Shown here piece by piece: positions 11,858 through 14,344 of a stretch of 14,344 bases of DNA (position 1 is the stretch's first letter; every line of letters starts with the position of its first letter). The position numbers and the translations under genes are program-made. This stretch comes from Chlorokybus atmophyticus (Eukaryota > Plantae > Mesostigma and Chlorokybus algae): positions 1 through 14,344 of the forward strand of contig RHPI01000160.1 of the NCBI GenBank assembly GCA_009103225.1. Reading direction: 5' to 3'. The notes below the pieces were generated by a model. The model saw only the letters and a list, made by a program, of their open reading frames with translations. It did no database searches and was not told the DNA's origin.

Positions 11858-12524
11858 TATAGCGATGCTCGTGCTCACATACACAACACACAAGTCATAC
11901 AACACATGTGTGCAGCTGAGGACAGTCTTCACACCGGAACCTTGCCTTCTCCCGCGCACGCACGCACGTGTCGAGCACGCACACGACTACGTCCCACGCC
12001 AAGCAAGAACGCAGCAGTGTGCCTTTGATCACGCCTCTCTCAAGCATACACCAGCATACTCACAGCAAAGAGCAGAAAGCAAGAGTCGAATGTATTACAC
12101 AGGGTTTCTATTTGTACAAGCACAACAACCAAGCAGCCTAATAAACAGGCGATTTGTCTATAATTTACCAAATTTAGAGGACTTGTATAAGTGCAGACTG
12201 CTACCCCGCGCGTCGGAGTACATCTCACGCGGCAGCTGACTGGGCAGTCCGCGTCACAAGGTATTGCGCAGCGGTAGCTGACTATGCAGTTCGCGTCACA
12301 TGGCAGGTACCGTGCACTCTAGTCAGCTGCGTCACCGCTGCCTCAGTACATCACGTCGCAGGCAGGCAGCTGCCGGGCTGATCGCAGGCGAAGTCGCGCG
12401 CGGCAGCAAAGCACCGCCCGTACAGCTTGTAAAAGCCCTTCATAAAGCCTTAATAAAGCCAGACAAAAGGTAAAACACATGTTATACATGTAGTAAATAA
12501 TGGAAAAAGGTCCAAGCTGTTACA
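11858..12524 (-). repeat. 5' LTR of the gypsy element (667 bp)
   Basis: Starts TGTAACAG at 12524 and ends ...CGCTATA (expected TACA) two bases before the PBS. Contains a 30-bp direct repeat (12229-12258 and 12271-12300). Confidence 0.75.
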
Positions 12525-13306
12525 ACACCCCTGGAGCAGCTACCAAAGAACCAGGAGGTGAGAGGGAAAGCGGCACAGGGCGCTGATCCAATAGAACCTC
12601 CAACACAAGTACGGAGCTAGTGTTCACCCACGTGCGCAACTCATCGCTGAGATAAAACCTGTCCTAACGACCGATGCAATGAAGAGAGCCCACCTATTTG
12701 TTGTCCCAAGTGAAGACAGACGCTCGGAGGGGTTGAGAACGCAACGCACGTCCTCAATGTCCAACTCCTCACACATGCTGACAAATGGGGGGGACCCGTG
12801 ACGGCCGACTGCCGAGGGAGCCCTGTCCAATGCTGGGTCTTCCACCATGTTCCAGTTACCGCCCATGGTCAGTCAGTTGAAATCCGGAAGAAGAGAACCA
12901 AAGAACTTCGCATGCTCCGCCCTACCATTGGAGGCGTAGGCGACGCACACCAGCAGCAAGACTCCTCCCTCCACCGTAGCCGAATCCAACAACAACGGGC
13001 AGAAACAGATTACTGTGGTCTATTACAAAGGGGCTCCAAGCATTAGAATACATGATAGCTACACCTCCACGAGAGTCTTCAGCGTGGCTCCACACCGACC
13101 CCCCTTGCCAGGAAAGGCAAAGCCAGTGAGTAGAGGGGCCAAGTTTCGTCTTCTGAAGAAAGAGAACGGCGTTGTCCAGCAACTCCCACGAGCGCCACTA
13201 AGCAAGAAGAGCGCTTGTTGCCCCCAAGAGAGGAAGAAGAACCATTCATCCCCCGCACATTCCATGTGACGAGAGATACAGGAGACTGAACACCATCAAC
13301 ACTCAT
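12525..13306 (-). pseudogene. L1/Tx1-type LINE ORF2 N-terminus: AP-endonuclease domain, disabled and cut at the gypsy LTR
   Basis: SLVTWNVRGMN (13264), FLQKTK (for QET), WQGGSVWSHAEDSRGGVAIM, VAYASN (for YAPN), GGNWNMVEDPALDR (for GGDFN), DRFYL (12663-12649), LDQRPV (for SDH). Several frameshifts and stops. Confidence 0.88.
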
Positions 13307-14344
13307 CTAAGGAGAAGCCGAGGAGAGAGGGAACAGAGACAGAGTCCGCGAGCGGAGAAGACTCGAACAACGCCGCACGGAGAGGGTCGGAGTCGGGCTT
13401 GAGAGAAAGAAGCGGAGGGGTAGAAGCACGAAAAGCTCTGAGGACGGAGAGCGAGCGTTCCTATAGGAGCGATGCAATTTCAAACCACCATGCGCACCTT
13501 TGAGATTACTCACGTCCAACCACAATGATCCTGCCCGCCCGTCGCACTCACCACCGCATCATCAGGTCTCCAGGCAACGACACTATCCATACCATAAGGT
13601 TCCCGAGCAACGGTGTGGGCAGAGGACGCTGAGCATCCGACCAGAGACGCCATGCTGCCACTTCAGGAACACGGAGCTGTGCAGCAGCAGCGTCTTGCAG
13701 GGTCTGGGCCATGTCGTCTCCTGTCGGAGGCGCACTGCAAGCAGGGAGAGAGAAGGGAGGGAGGCTGTGCAGAGCCCGAGCGGTGTACCCCAAGCCACCA
13801 TGACAAGCGCGCACAGCGCAGCACCAGAGCGCAATCTACCGGGGCAGGTTGTGAGCGCAGCAAAGAGAAGAGGCGAGCACTACTGCTAGAAGGCAGAGGA
13901 CTGGAGGGGGGCCCCCGCTCCGCTGCCGGAGAAGAGGCGCTTCTGCAACAATTTTTGCTTGGGGCTGGAGGCGGGGTCAAGCATCAACTGGACGTCCATC
14001 AGGCAAAGAATGAGCGACGTGGTCAGCGCACTATTGCTTCACGGACGCGGCCAAGGCACTAGCAAGGGGGTTGGGCTTTTGCCTAGTGTCAAGAGCAGCC
14101 AGCCAATGAGAGAGAGTGTGCCAGCACTTGTGCATCGCGAAGCCTTCCATGTGCTTACGCTAGGAGAGCTGCAGCGGGAGAAGTAAATGCACAGAGGTGG
14201 AGTCCACATCCCACACTGAGTGCGCTCCGTGCAGGCCCCAGTCGAGGGCAAGCTCCTCAATAGCTGCCCGCAGCGGGAAGCGAACCCGCTCAAGAGTTCT
14301 GCGCAACTCTGAGCAAAGGTAGCCTTGGGGCGAGTGCTTCATTT
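13307..14344 (-). mobile_element. Probable LINE ORF1 region (Ser/Pro/Arg-rich, decayed), continuing past the window end
   Basis: Assigned by position upstream of ORF2. Its TAG (13309-13307) directly abuts the ORF2 ATG. No diagnostic motif recognised. Confidence 0.45.

Larger units (their letters stand above)
9850..12524 (-). mobile_element. Ty3/gypsy LTR retrotransposon, 3'-truncated (5' LTR, PBS, gag and protease present; RT, RNase H, integrase and 3' LTR absent)
   Basis: LTR 12524-11858; PBS 11856-11845; gag; CCHC knuckle; G_GGA_AAC slippery site; aspartic protease LLVDSGA. Pol-like sequence stops after ...EVQKLLEE (~9850), where the RT would normally begin. Confidence 0.92.

Noticed and set aside
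12525-14344. Telomere-maintaining LINE (TART/TRAS/SART-like)
   Set aside because: It is 12 kb from the telomere, not inserted in telomeric repeats and decayed. Its endonuclease motifs look like ordinary L1/Tx1, and canonical telomerase-type repeats are present.

Overview
Eukaryotic chromosome end (left telomere) followed by a transposon-rich subtelomere. In order: (CCCTAA)n telomere; a 5'-truncated, frameshifted CACTA/Plavaka-type transposase remnant (+); a weakly supported spliced minus-strand gene whose two introns share a ~70-nt sequence; a cluster of hairpins; one apparently intact gene of at least 11 exons for a secreted protein (signal peptide, NIDO, PKD-like x2, then a PDF1-like 'AALLNA' domain) whose last intron holds a 326-bp (TC)n and an N; two adjacent decayed housekeeping-gene copies (LENG1-like and NECAP-like, -); a small non-autonomous LTR element (+); a truncated Ty3/gypsy element (-; LTR, PBS, gag, CCHC knuckle, -1 frameshift site, protease) whose LTR abuts a broken L1/Tx1-type LINE endonuclease (-). 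The host is intron-rich with TTAGGG telomeres. The NECAP and LENG1 motifs read most like plant/green-algal versions, but the species cannot be fixed from the sequence. All family calls rest on manual translation and recalled motifs; no database search was run.
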